From Kudoa neothunni (lineage: Eukaryota > Animalia > Cnidaria), in assembly GCA_964304625.1 (NCBI GenBank), contig OZ199838.1:5047287-5111286 (forward strand): a stretch of DNA of 64,000 nucleotides, in the 5' to 3' direction. Shown piece by piece: positions 1 through 12,500 of this stretch (position 1 is its first letter; each line of letters opens with the position of its first letter). The translations under genes were made by a program, and so were the position numbers. The notes under the pieces were generated by a model that was not told the DNA's origin, made no database searches, and saw nothing but the letters and a program-made list of their open reading frames with translations.

Positions 1-194
1 CTAAAGTTAACTACATACTTACATGTATAGTAAAAATTTGGGATAGTTTTCACAGAAAAAATTTTTCATTAATTCGTCGGCTTAAAAAATGATTTGAATA
101 CAAAAGTTAACTTATGTAAATATTTTTTAATCTTCGTGGTTAAATTAAAGTAGGAAACTTCCTTATAATAGTATTCTTGGATCTGATAAAAACT

Positions 195-555
195 TTACGC
201 AGAACGAACAATGAGAAATTCCCACGTCTGATGAACCCCTGACACTTGTTCACTGAAACCAAAAGGTTCGGTTAAATCCCAGTTAGGAATCACTGATGTA
301 AAACCTTAGTTTATATCAAATATATATTAAGAATTTTTTCGCCTTTCGATTCAAATTGGCTGAGAATATTACCTGTCATTGTCCGCCCCTCGCAGGAATG
401 ACGTTTGATGAGTCCTCGATTTCTGTATCGCTGTCAAAATCAGGGTTACTCTCAATGGTTCCATCAATAATTGTGTTTATATCCTCACTATTTTTGGGTC
501 GACTTATGTTAGAATCTTTTGATGAAATAAACATAAAACCCTCGTCGTTATTCAT
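195..555 (-). CDS. possible 5' exons of an unidentified protein-coding gene (acidic N-terminus)
   Basis: Minus-strand ATG at 555 opens MNNDEGFMFISSKDSNISRPKNSEDINTIIDGTIESNPDFDSDTEIEDSS. A GT...AAG intron at about 306-373 is followed by a second exon, GFTSVIPNWDLTEPFGFSEQVSG. One frameshift is needed to join them and I recognise no family. Confidence 0.25.
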
Positions 556-1074
556 TGTTAGGCTGATGACCTCCTACGAAAATCCCGTTTTATCCAAAAA
601 ATGGCGTGGAATATTCCAGAATAATGGAGAATAGCATAGATGTATCGGTAAAGTTTGAGAATATATTAGAAACTACTGGGAAAATATTAAAACTAAGATA
701 ACTCCGTGCTTGACTAGATAATCGCACAGTCCACGATCATTTGTAGACGTATCTCAATTGAATACACATAAAAATGACACTTTGGAAAAAATAAGAAATA
801 AATTTTTTAATTAAGTTTCTTTGCTAGTTCGACTTATCAAAACCTCATTGTTATGAATTTATAATGCATTACCTAGAAAACCATGGGGATATACTGAAAT
901 GTCATTCTCTTAAACGTTTGGAAGTGAACATTCCCTTTGGAATTTGTGCAACTATAACTCATTTTAACCTGACTAACTTTAATTGGAAATATAGAATATT
1001 TATTTCAGAATCGGTACGTAAAATATCAATATTATAAAACTTTTATTAGAATAGTAAATTTTAAACGCACTTTA

Positions 1075-1300
1075 TTGGGCAGCGTGTCCACCTCCAGGCA
1101 TGCGAGGAACTTTTTTTAAATCAACGATTTATATATCGTAGACTTAAAAAAAATTATCTGGAATCTAATATACGAAATTAAAATTCCATTGTAATAAAAT
1201 ACAAGAAATATTAATATTAAGAGACTTTAAAAAGGATATTATATTTTAAGAAAACCACCATAGTGGACACTCTGTCCACGTCCAGGCATCGGAGGGTTAA
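1075..1300. mobile_element. piggyBac-like terminal remnant
   Basis: Ends GGCATCGGAGGG|TTAA at 1300. It has a subterminal palindrome GTGGACA-CTC-TGTCCAC and an internal copy of the TGTCCAC..TCCAGGCAT motif near 1085. No partner end found. Confidence 0.45.
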
Positions 1301-3921
1301 GTAGGATGAATAATACCTTTCCCTACCTCATAACTCAACACTGAATGATTGAAGTTATTATTTATTTTTGCTTGAACTTATCATTTTTATGTAATAAATA
1401 AATATGATTAAAAATGTTTTTATAATTATTTCAAAATATTAGGAACAAAAAAATTATATAAAAATTATAGTCGCTTAATAATGCTTTGTATCTAAAGGAG
1501 AAAATCCAATAATTCAAATGAAAATAACCAATTAATATAATTCAAAAAAAGTGAAAATTAATATTTATTTGTTCTGGAGACTTTTTTGCTCTCGCTGGTT
1601 TCTGACAAGTAGTTCTAAGCGTAGCACTTTGTTGGTCAATAAGACACCCAACTCTTCTTGGAGTTGAATGAACCCCGATACTTATTTTTTGTATACAGTA
1701 AAGTCGAGAAGCCTATCTCATATGCCATCATGCGCTAAATAAACCAAACGACCGCCTTACTCTATATTGAGTCAAATTTTAATTTAATGTTTGAGCTGGT
1801 GAATTAATAAAAGGCTAATAAATCTAAAAAATATGCCTTATAAATGTATATGGATAAAAGTGACTAATGCAAACTGTTAGATTTGGCATTTATTTATTAA
1901 AGTGTATGAATGGATGTTATTATTAAAAATGTATAAACTTTTTAAACGACAATTTAGCTATAATTCATACCAGAGAACAGGTACAAATTTAAACACAAGC
2001 CCCGAAAAGTAACAATAAAGACTATACAATTAAATGATGGATCTCGAATTCAAGCGGAGGAAAAAGTTAAAAACCCATTGTAGTTTGATTTTTAAGGATA
2101 TAAGTCATTTCGAAATGGATAAAAATGATGATAACCTAATCATACGTTATGTATATAATTATGTTACTTTATAAGATAACAAAGTTACAGTCGTGTATAA
2201 TAATAGACAGTGCACGATTTCATACGTTGAATAGACTTACCGCAAACTATTACCTTATTGCGCTATTTCATTCATTCTTTCTTTCAATCAAGTCTAATAC
2301 ACTATTTATGTTAAATTAGTTTCATATCGAATTTTTCTAATAAAAAATATTATTACACATATCTATGTCTGAATGATTTAAAGAGGAAATAACTAAAAGT
2401 ACGCAATAAATGTATTAAGATTTATTATAGAATGATTCCCGCGTCCTCCGTAAGGAAGCACTGTCTTAGATTAAGTGATAATCAAATGTTTTAGTAATAA
2501 TTATTCAAAAGTTATTGTAAAAATAATAAATGATGTTGATATAAATCATAAGGAATCGACATTATACAATATTCTAATAACATTATAAAATGTGTTTTGT
2601 GGCCATGTGATAATAGAAACTATTACCAGTTGCATACAAAATTTTTTCATTCATTTAGCAGGAATCATTCAAATATTCCTTCTAGTTGTAGCTCCTCTTT
2701 CTCAAAAATTTGTAACATGGTTAAAAACAGAGTTTTTTATACAAACAAATTTATCCGATAAAACATAAAACAAAGTAAATAAAAAGTCATTCCAAACTAC
2801 ATAGGTAGAGTTTTCGTGAAGTTAATTTTACGAATTAAAAAATAATTCTTTAGAAAATGAGACTCTGAAATATAATATTTACAAATTCAAAGTCTTACAG
2901 TTTTATAAGAAGCAAACGAATTTATTTGGTATTTATCAAATTTCAAGGAGCAACTTCATCACTGGGTGAAAATAATTATTTGAAAAAATAATAATAATCA
3001 TGTTTTTGAGAAATTAAAAGAATAATATTATTTTAAATTGATTCAAAATACGCCTAATATATAAATATTGCGGAAAAAATTTTGGCTGCCTTTTGATTAC
3101 GCAAAATTCACAAGTCACATGATTCAATTTCAAGCGAAAAATTAATTTTCCATGAAAATTTCGCAATAACTTTACCCGGTTTCGACTTTGGTTGTGAATG
3201 CCCTTTTGACATTCGAAGAAAGATTCTTAAACAATTTGCATCGGAAAGTGTCGAACCAGTACATACTGTTGGAGTGGCAATTGCCGTAAAGGAGAATTCA
3301 TACTAGATTAACTCTTTTAATAGGTATTGCGTAGAGGAAAATAGCCTGAATTTGATGTTGCAGTACCTATAGCGTTGGATAAGCAAATCCAACTAACAAA
3401 GTTTCGTCACTGAATAAGTTAAGTCATTAATCTGACTCTATGCTTAAAAAGTCACGCTAGATAAACCAGAATTTTATTACCCAGAAGGACATGCTTGTTT
3501 CCAGTTATTCCGGATAATCTGGGATGATGTCCCATTGTAGAATAAAAATTTCATTATTTGGAATAGTTTGTTTATAAGCATTTTGGATTAACTGTATGTT
3601 ATTTTGTTTTGGTTGATGTCTTAGATTGTTTTTTAACTTCTCATGCTACTTTCTAATTTATATTGCTAATAAAATATGACGTTACACATTTTTTTCTTAA
3701 ACGAATATACAGCTATAATCGATTTTATTTTTCAAATACAAGTCTTTGTAAACTTCTGAACATCATTTAATCCTACGCCTGCATCATTAAAAATCTCCAT
3801 TTGATAACATCAAAGTATAAGGGATTATTCCAACGAGTAGGAAAAAGTCGATAGAACGCAATAAAGAATTTTCAAACATTCTATGATTTTTGACTTTCAA
3901 CTTTAACTTCTTCCTAATATA

Positions 3922-4979
3922 ATGTTCCTTTTTTGCAGTATGGTTCTTGTAGCCAGGCTAATTTCCACTGATCAAATCCAGTTTATAGTAAACCATGCAT
4001 ACATCCTTTTTTGGAAATCATTACAAAAATTAATTTAGAATCAGCAGGTGGCACGGATCAACATAACAAATTTTTACCTATTTTCTAATGAGACCTTCGA
4101 CCATAGTCCTTGTATTAACTGTAGCCATGTGGTCTATTTTCAAGTGGACAATTCGGATTTTTACGCCCACCTTAAGGAAGAGCATCCTGTACTAGAAGAA
4201 ATCAATGGTACCTATTCAAACACATTATTTGATCTCTCGCTAAGAAACGTCTCAACCCTCACCGCCACCATTTTAACTAATGATACTCGTAAAAAAGTGG
4301 ATACATTGAGATATTCTTTCCAAACGAAACCATTTACAGCGCTATTGGTGGACGATAGAGCGTTGTGGAGCTTGTATTGGAAAGCTGGACTTAACGTATC
4401 TATTGAGTAGCTAAGTTAGACATTGATTTTTTAGAATTTTACTGATTCGTATATGAAATAGAATATTTTGCTATCCAAATGGAGGATTGTACTGCCAAAA
4501 GAAATGCTCACCTCGAGACAGTAAAAGTTTGTGCGAATTCGGTACAGCCGAACCTATAACTACAGGGTTTGATTACGACAAAAACTTTTGTGATTTTAGC
4601 CCATGTATCGATGGAAAAATATGCGTTATGACGGTATAGAGATGGTGATGAATATTGGGAATGAAAAATTTTCTATAGAGTACGTTTGAATTTGTTTGTA
4701 TTGAAGTTGATAAACAAAGCAAAGCTAGTTTCACCGAAAATCTGCTTTTTGCAAGTACCTTATGAACTTATTCCAAATAAGTCTATCTAATTTATTCGTC
4801 TATAGTACCGTTAAATATTATTTTTAAAAATTTTGCTATATTTCTTGTGAACTGTTTATTGGTAGCATTGATCGTCAAAACATCGATTCAACTGAGTCAA
4901 AGTTCGAAAAGTATGTGTCGTGAGTAACGTTTGTTTTTTGAGATACTATTTAGATGCGTACAAACAAATACCATCGTAA
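3922..4979 (+). CDS. small type-I membrane protein with MNNL/C2-like domain, truncated DSL-like and EGF-like motifs (Delta/Serrate-ligand-like)
   Basis: Six exons splice in frame with short GT-AG introns (e.g. 3988-4038, 4407-4461). Product: signal peptide MFLFCSMVLVARLIST, an N-glycosylated domain of about 125 aa, then IEIFCYPNGGLYCQKKCSPRD (cf. DSL C-x8-C-x3-C-x-PRDD), FCDFSPCIDGKIC...FVC (EGF-like), hydrophobic FAIFLVNCLLVALIV, and a short tail ending NAYKQIPS-TAA. Confidence 0.65.
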
Positions 4980-5225
4980 CTATGAGATATATTCTAGATA
5001 AATTCCGAATTACCTAACTCAATATTTTATTAAATATTTTTTCAGCCCAAATTTCTTATCTAATATACTTGCTTTAAGAATATATAATTATTTCCTTTTT
5101 CTAATATTAATTACGTATTCTATCGAGCCTCACAGCTTTTATTCAGCGTTGCTAGGATTTCTAACAAATGTACCTAGTCTAACACCTCGAAAGGAGCAAT
5201 TACAATTTTGTGCTAAAAATACCTC

Positions 5226-6323
5226 ATGAAACGCTTTACAGTATGCAGCTTTATAATAATTTTTAATGCTCTAAAAATATTAAATGATGAGTACATACGC
5301 AAACAATTTACCGAAGTAAATGTTTGAATTAATCGATAAAACTCAACCATAGACTTGAATGATGATTAGGAGGACGGAGAAAAGAAATTCAACATAGAAG
5401 CGTCACCTCAAAGTTTGGTAAAAAGATTTGTATATTTTTATATAAGAAACATTTGATTCAGTTAGGAGACTCAATGTTGGTCAAAATGAGAGGAATGGAT
5501 GGCCCAGATGGAAAAGATGGACCTCCCGGCCCTCCAGGTCCTCCTGGTATGGCTGGCCCCATTGGACTAAAGGTAATTTTATTGTTCAATACATGTAGTT
5601 AAAAAATAAACTTTCAGGGACCTAAAGGTGATACTGGTGATTGCTCTCCACTACAAGTAAATTATTTCCTCTTTACTTTAATACATTTGAATAAATTTTG
5701 CTGATGAGATGTCTCTTCTAAAAATCAATCAATTAATTTTAAAATAATTTAATCAATAATGATAACTTTAAAGTTAAATGCCATTTTATAAAATTTCTAG
5801 TGTGAAAGTATCAACTTGATGCCTTTGATTGCTCGAGTGACCGCGCTAGAGAGGTACGCTACAGCAGGCGGTCAAGGAATGTCTGGAGGAGCTAAAGCAG
5901 ACGCAAGCATTCCATTTGAGTTGGAAAAACCTCTTTCAATAGCTGGAGGTGGCGGCGCCGGCGGTGGTATTGGATTCGTACAGGGTAACGGTATTGCGGG
6001 TGGAGGTAAATTTTTCGATCAACAAATAAAGATCTGATCACTTGAATTTTAGCTGGTGGTGGTATTGGAGGAGGTATCGCCTCATCAAACAAGGCGTCTA
6101 ATCGATCTAGCCTAGAAGAAGGCAACCCCACGGCGGCTAATCCTAATCCTAGTCTCAGCGGATCAAATAACTCATCAAAACACCAAAACGTAACAATTCC
6201 TACTGCTTAATTAAACAACTATCCAATATGAATGTAATTTAACTCTTATTCCTAAAGGTTGAAGCTATGCCGTCAAAGTCAGACTCGATAACCGATACCA
6301 AAACCACACAAGATAGTGTATAA
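5226..6323 (+). CDS. short secreted collagen-like protein (12 Gly-X-Y triplets, Cys pair, coiled-coil neck, Gly-rich tail)
   Basis: Spliced exons give GMDGPDGKDGPPGPPGPPGMAGPIGLK|GPKGDTGDCSPLQ|CESINLMPLIARVTALERY, then GGGGAGGGIG-type repeats, with TAA at 6321-6323. The start (MKRFTVCSFIIIFNALK, signal-like) is less certain. Confidence 0.75.
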
Positions 6324-6542
6324 TATTGCGATAGTATAGCACATTAGGAAACTATATAAATGTAAAAACTGTTTTATATATTTTTGCATAATATTTGAAA
6401 AATCATATACGAAAAACATCAATAACAAAATAGCAATTAAAACTCATCTAAGGAACTATATAAGATATAAGCTGTTGGTGGATAGATACAAACATGGAGA
6501 TGTGAGAAAGTAAATCATTCTCTATTAATATTGTTGTTGAAG

Positions 6543-9500
6543 TTAGGAGAAGGGAAGTTGGTTTTTTTGTTCAGTGTTGGTAGTAGAGTTGTTGTCATTT
6601 GGCAAAGTATTCGTATTATTTTGCACAGAATTATTATTATCATTATTGGCTAATTGTTCGGTGTTTTCGAGGGTAGGAGGTGATGCAGGGATGGATCGAT
6701 TCGACTGGTTCTGTTCAACCAGACCGAGAAGGTTTTCCCGGAGAGAAGGCAAATAGTGTTTGATTCGAGCGTAGGTTTCGTTAAAAAAGAGCATTTTACC
6801 ATTTCTAGGTTCATTAAGTTCATTCGACGCATCAGCACTCGAGTGGGAATCAATATCAAACACACCAAGTGTAAACATTACAAAAAGGATATTTTTGATC
6901 ATTTCGGGAATGGCTTCAAGAACAATATCATCATGTTGGGATGCATTGAGTAGATCAATGTAAAGTTGTAGTAGATTTAGCCATAACACCTCAAAATTAG
7001 CCAACGAATGTAAAATGCTGATATTTTGGAGGAAAATTTTGCCGACCATTGACATAATCTTGAGGAAAGTTGTCTTGTAATTGGTAGTGTTGGAGGTATT
7101 AAGAGCTTTGGACTTGAGTTGAAGAATTGAAACCAACAACGGTAGCAATACTTCGTGGAAGCAACTTTCCCACTGTTTCGCCGTTGCGTTCCGGAGGTGT
7201 TTGCCTTGCAACAACACATACATACGTTCATATGCATGCTCCCTTATGTGTTCTCGCTCATCAACACAAAAGAACGCAAATAATCTAAGAAAAGGACGGC
7301 AATATGCCAATTTTTCCGATGGTTCTTCCATATAAAAAGGGCTGGTGGATGCGTTGCTCATAAAAATATTGAACAAACCATTCACACATTCAAATATATC
7401 CAGTATAGAGTTGTCAGTAGCTTGCCTAACAGAAAGAAGATTTTCAGACGTTATTTGTGACCATAAAGATGAATTTTTCGACTTTGTCTTTTTGTTGCCG
7501 TCCAACGATTTTTTGCCTTCTCTAACGGCGTTTTTGATAGTTTCAAGTTCCGTCAACTCTATGTGAATGTTGTAGGAAGCTTGAGCAAATACAAGAAGGC
7601 AATAGCTGATTGGTATAAAGTTATAGTAATTGATATAATAGTTTGAGGTTGGTTCTTCACATTTAGGTTTAGAGTCCAAACTATTGTTATTGCTAACGTT
7701 GCTGCTACTGTTGTTATTGCTACCATTATTGATTGTAGTGGTTGCGGTAGTTAGAAAGGAAAATGTTTCGATTGATTTCAAATAGGACTGAAGATGCTTG
7801 GGCAGAAAATGTGATCGAGTAGAAGAGTTACTATCCAGAATAGTGATACCACCATTGCTGGTGGTATTTTCGTTGCTCTTACCACCATCATTTAAACTGA
7901 TGTTTTCTGTGGTATTAGAATAGTATAATTCCATCATCGATTCCATTACAATCCACATATCATTGCTAGCTTCATTGAAAGCATCATGTTCGGTCCAGTT
8001 AAAGGTTGAATTTTTTGAGCTTTCATTGCTAGGAATCACCACAGGAACCGAAAACATAGCAGCTTTGTTTAGAATGACGTTTCCAGCTCCGACAATTTCC
8101 ATCAACTTCAAAATAACCACCCAATCTTTGGCCGACGTAATATGGTCACAATTGGACGCAATATGCTCGAAAATGCCGCATGCCAAATGTTTCGATAAAT
8201 CTACCAGTAGATTAGGGTCGATAAGAACCACAGATCGAAGCAAACTGGAAAAATGTTCAACACAACTGATCACATCATCGGTTGGATGATTGTACAGCTG
8301 TTGTGAGGTGGAAATCAAAATACGCAACAGTGTCATCACAATCTTCTCCACAAGATAGCTGCTGGTGTTGACAGAGCAAGCAGTCAGAATTTTGTAATAG
8401 AAATTTTTTATTATCGTCCAAACCATCGAAAAACGCACACAATTATCAATAACAATTCTAGATATAATTTCAAGCAGGAAAACTTTGGATTTGGTATCAT
8501 TTTCCAACAAAAAATAACAATCAATAATAGCACGCAACTTTTGAATGAGGGATTCAGGTTGTAGGTTTCTGCCAGACCATACCAACTTATTCATCTGGCA
8601 TTCTTTGATCAATTTAATAGCTTGTTCGTATCCTGCATCAAAATTCGGCGGTTTGGGCGAATCATTAGATATAACCAGTAGTTGGTAGATCGATGAAAAA
8701 AAGTTGCTGTTATCACTGCTAACAACCGAGGAGGTCGAAGGATCGAAAAAATCCCCCTTAGAATTGGCACCCAAATTTGGCGATACGTAGGGCTGAACGA
8801 TATAGCTCGAACGAGTGTCACTGAGGAAATCGAATGTTTGTAACAACTCGTCAGGCAGCAATCTAGCTCTAAACAGCATCAAAACTGTACGCAAAACCAC
8901 ATTCCATGAATCTCTCAAAAAATCTCCATTGGTAATCACGGTTCTAAAGGCCACTTGGCAGGTGATTCTAGTGGTGACATTAAATCCTATGCACATTATC
9001 ACATCTTCGAGAGACTATAAAAATTTTCAATCTATCAACTTTTCTTTAAATAATATTACATAATCAGGATTTAGGATGTTGGAAAATTCGATCAGTTTGC
9101 TCATCATATCGTCCACAATATCAATCATGCCAGCTTTAGAGGCCAATCGTATGCATTTGCTATAATACGTTGGTTAAATATATGAAAAAATATTATGTGT
9201 CTAGATAATGATATTCACATGGATATCTATATTTTTTTATAGTTAGGTTAATTTTGATAATATTTAATAAAATTGCATTTTCAAACTCGTGAATTTTGAG
9301 TGTAGTTTATGGAAATTAATGCATCGAAATAAATTTCTTGGTGAGAATTGAAAGTATACAACCCATTCATTAATTATTAATTTAGATAAACATTTTTCAA
9401 TTAAGTTAGTAGCACGCTCTCTGAAAATCATAAATCAACTTAGCAAAGAAATTAGAGTACCATTTATTGACTGTCAGAATAAAGAACGACGTCTAATTAA

Positions 9501-12500
9501 ACTTAAATAAACCAAATTAAGAGTTGATTTCGTTTGTTTATTAAATTTTTGAAGAATAATTTTATCATTCTATTATTAAAATTATAAATATCGATTTTTA
9601 TATTGTTTTCAATTTCAATTATTAATTGTTAACTCAAAATTACAATAGTTCTATAATAAACACAACGAACTCGATTTATACAACTGCAGTTAATCCATTA
9701 AATTTAACAATTATAGAAAACAATTGTTTCAATATAAGCAAAATAAAATTCAAAACAAATCTGTTTAAATAATTTAATCGATATCAAAATTGTAAATAAA
9801 TAAATAAATAATTAACGGTGGAAACTTTTCGTAAAACAATCAATTAAATATAGACTTAAAGACAGAAAATAAAACTTCCCGCCATTTAAACGAGAAACAT
9901 TTACACACACCTTCGATTTAATAGAAACAGATTTAGAATACAATTTTTCACATGCAAATAACACTTAAAAATTGAGAATACTTACCTATAAGCATTCATA
10001 AGTGCGATCAATCGGGATTTTTCTGGCGTCTCTCCAATAGACAACGACAAACAGCTGCATATGGACTGCCAAACTATCTGAAATATTTCGAAGGCGAACG
10101 AAACGTGTATACATTCGATCCTAGCGGCCGTATCTGTTTCTCTGTGGTGATGCTCATCGAAAAGGATATAACGACAACACTGATGATCATCGTTATCTGT
10201 ACCGCTCAATGAACAATCGTCATCGGTGTAGTAGTTGACCCTTTCAAGTGATCTATTCCAAAAATAGATCTCCCTAATGAATCCCTCGCGTTCTTCGGGA
10301 AGAATAATTTCATAGTTGTGGATAGAATTGAAGATATCTGTTAGCATTTTCATCGGGAAATCCTTGCCATTGTTTATACCTTTAACATTACGAATGAATT
10401 GTTCACAGGTCATTGATGTGGTTTGTTTAGCGTTTTCATTGTGTTGATCAACATTGAGCATAATAATAGCGTATGCCAGTGTGAATACAGCGTCATGATT
10501 CTCGTAAGCGCTGTTTGGATTGAGTTCAAGAAAATAAGCGGAAAACTGATCCAATATCAATGAGATAACGGGACTTTCACCCGGTAGACGAAAATAGTGC
10601 AACATTGAACGAAGTGCTTGCTCAACATTCATATTCGAAAGGTTACAATTACGTAAGTAATGTGCAAGAATTTTCCCGCTATTCCTCTTACCGAGAAATT
10701 CACCTAGCACTTTCTTATCTAGGCGATCGGCGTATCTGTAAAGAAACTGTCCTAGCGATTTGTTAAAATTCGGATCATCACTTTTTTCAATAATGTGAAA
10801 TTGCTGCAACAACGCCACCGCTGAAGAGGTGCTTTTGTTGAATTCCTCACAACACAAAAATGCTTTATTTTTCTTGCATTTTTGATTGATCAGATGGAGT
10901 TTTCTTTTAGTGAAACGGTCATTTTGCTGTAACGACTCCTTCCCCTCAAAAATAACATCGTACGTCAACGACTCCACTATCAACAACAGATTATCAGTAG
11001 CAAACTCACGAAGTATGCTTGATTTGGTTGAGTTCTCAATGATCTATTATCACATATTTAATGCCTTATATAATAAAAATAACTACATGTTTCAATTTGT
11101 TGACCAACAATTGAACCACATCTTCACGGTAAGGATTGCAATCAAAGTTTGCGAACAATTCACTTACTATTGTTGGCATTGTAAGTATCTATGAAGAATT
11201 AATAAGTTTAAAATCAAATTATTACAAACAGTATAACAGTTTGGGTGAATAATATGATCAAATTTTAATTAAAATGGAAATAATATATAGGTTTTGTTAA
11301 TTATACAAGTAATTTAATGATATCTATGCATTGATACGCACCGATGTAAATAAGTGTACATAGTTTTAATTACGATTGAATGAACAGACTCAAAAAATGT
11401 ATTCATATACAAAATCAACAAGTGCAAGAGATTAAGATAAAAGTAACGATACGACAAATGTACATATAATTAGAAATAGCCGTTCCTATTATTAATTGAT
11501 TCCCCCCTCTAAAAATCGCAATGCAAACTCAACCCCGACTTTGAGAAAAATTTAGCATACAAAATATAACTGCTATACTGTATTAAGCAAATATGCTGAT
11601 GAAATAATTGCTTACCTGTGACATGCAATCCAAAACATGTTCTCGTTTACTGTAGGTATGCCTTGGTGAAGACGCAATATTCGCAAGTATAATCAAAAAA
11701 TTCTACAATTTAAATAATAACACTAACCGATACACTTAAACTATACTTCAAATTGAGAAGGTAAATATTGGCGCGAAGAAGCTAACAGTATAAAACAAAC
11801 GTTAATCGTGCTACACAACAACTCTCCTCCATTCATCTTCAAAATCTAAACCATTTTTCAAGAATAAATAAAATAATGGAATTCACTTGAAACAAATTGA
11901 AAAATATTCGGTCCTTCAACACATCCATTATCAATGGATAATGCGGTAAATGCTCCAAACAACTCTCCACCGCAACATGCAACAAATCAACTGCATTCTT
12001 AACAATATACGCATGATTTTCTTTCCTAAACGACCATATATATATATATATATATACTTACAAAGAAAACAAATACCTATCATATGGATCAATCAATATA
12101 GATATGTATTGCAAAAATTCGTATAAACAAATCATGTTATATGGCATAGTCCACATATCTATTATACAATTATAAACTATAAAAATATGTTACAGAAGAG
12201 GATGGCTAAATATTTTCTATTTGTAATCTCGTTAGTTATTTTATAATGTTTACACGAAGGAATGATTAGATTACCTTAGGGAATGAAGTTCGTTATGTCA
12301 ATTATCAGAAAATTATAAGATTGTAGGCAGATTTTAATGCAAACGTTAAATTATCAGACATTAATGAACAAAAACCAAGCTATATCTGAACTTATCTGTG
12401 GCATTGCAAGAGTCGAAAGAAAAATCATTTTTCTAATTGTCCCTAAATTTTTCCATATTATATACAACAATTGACTAAGCAATTCAAATAAAATTCGACC

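Noticed and set aside
1900-3540. Possible multi-exon gene upstream of the Delta-like gene
   Set aside because: GC-richer exon-like blocks exist at about 3110-3535, but I could not build a consistent spliced frame on either strand or recognise a family.
3340-4461. Apparent in-frame TAG codons suggesting stop-codon reassignment
   Set aside because: Both cases (about 3341 and 4459) are better explained as intron 3' ends. Genes here terminate with TAA, TGA and TAG, and the long exons have no internal stops.
6574-9063. Short ORFs overlapping GBF1 (and similar ones over CAP, PRPF6 and TRAPPC10)
   Set aside because: Antisense or alternate-frame shadows of real exons, with no independent evidence.
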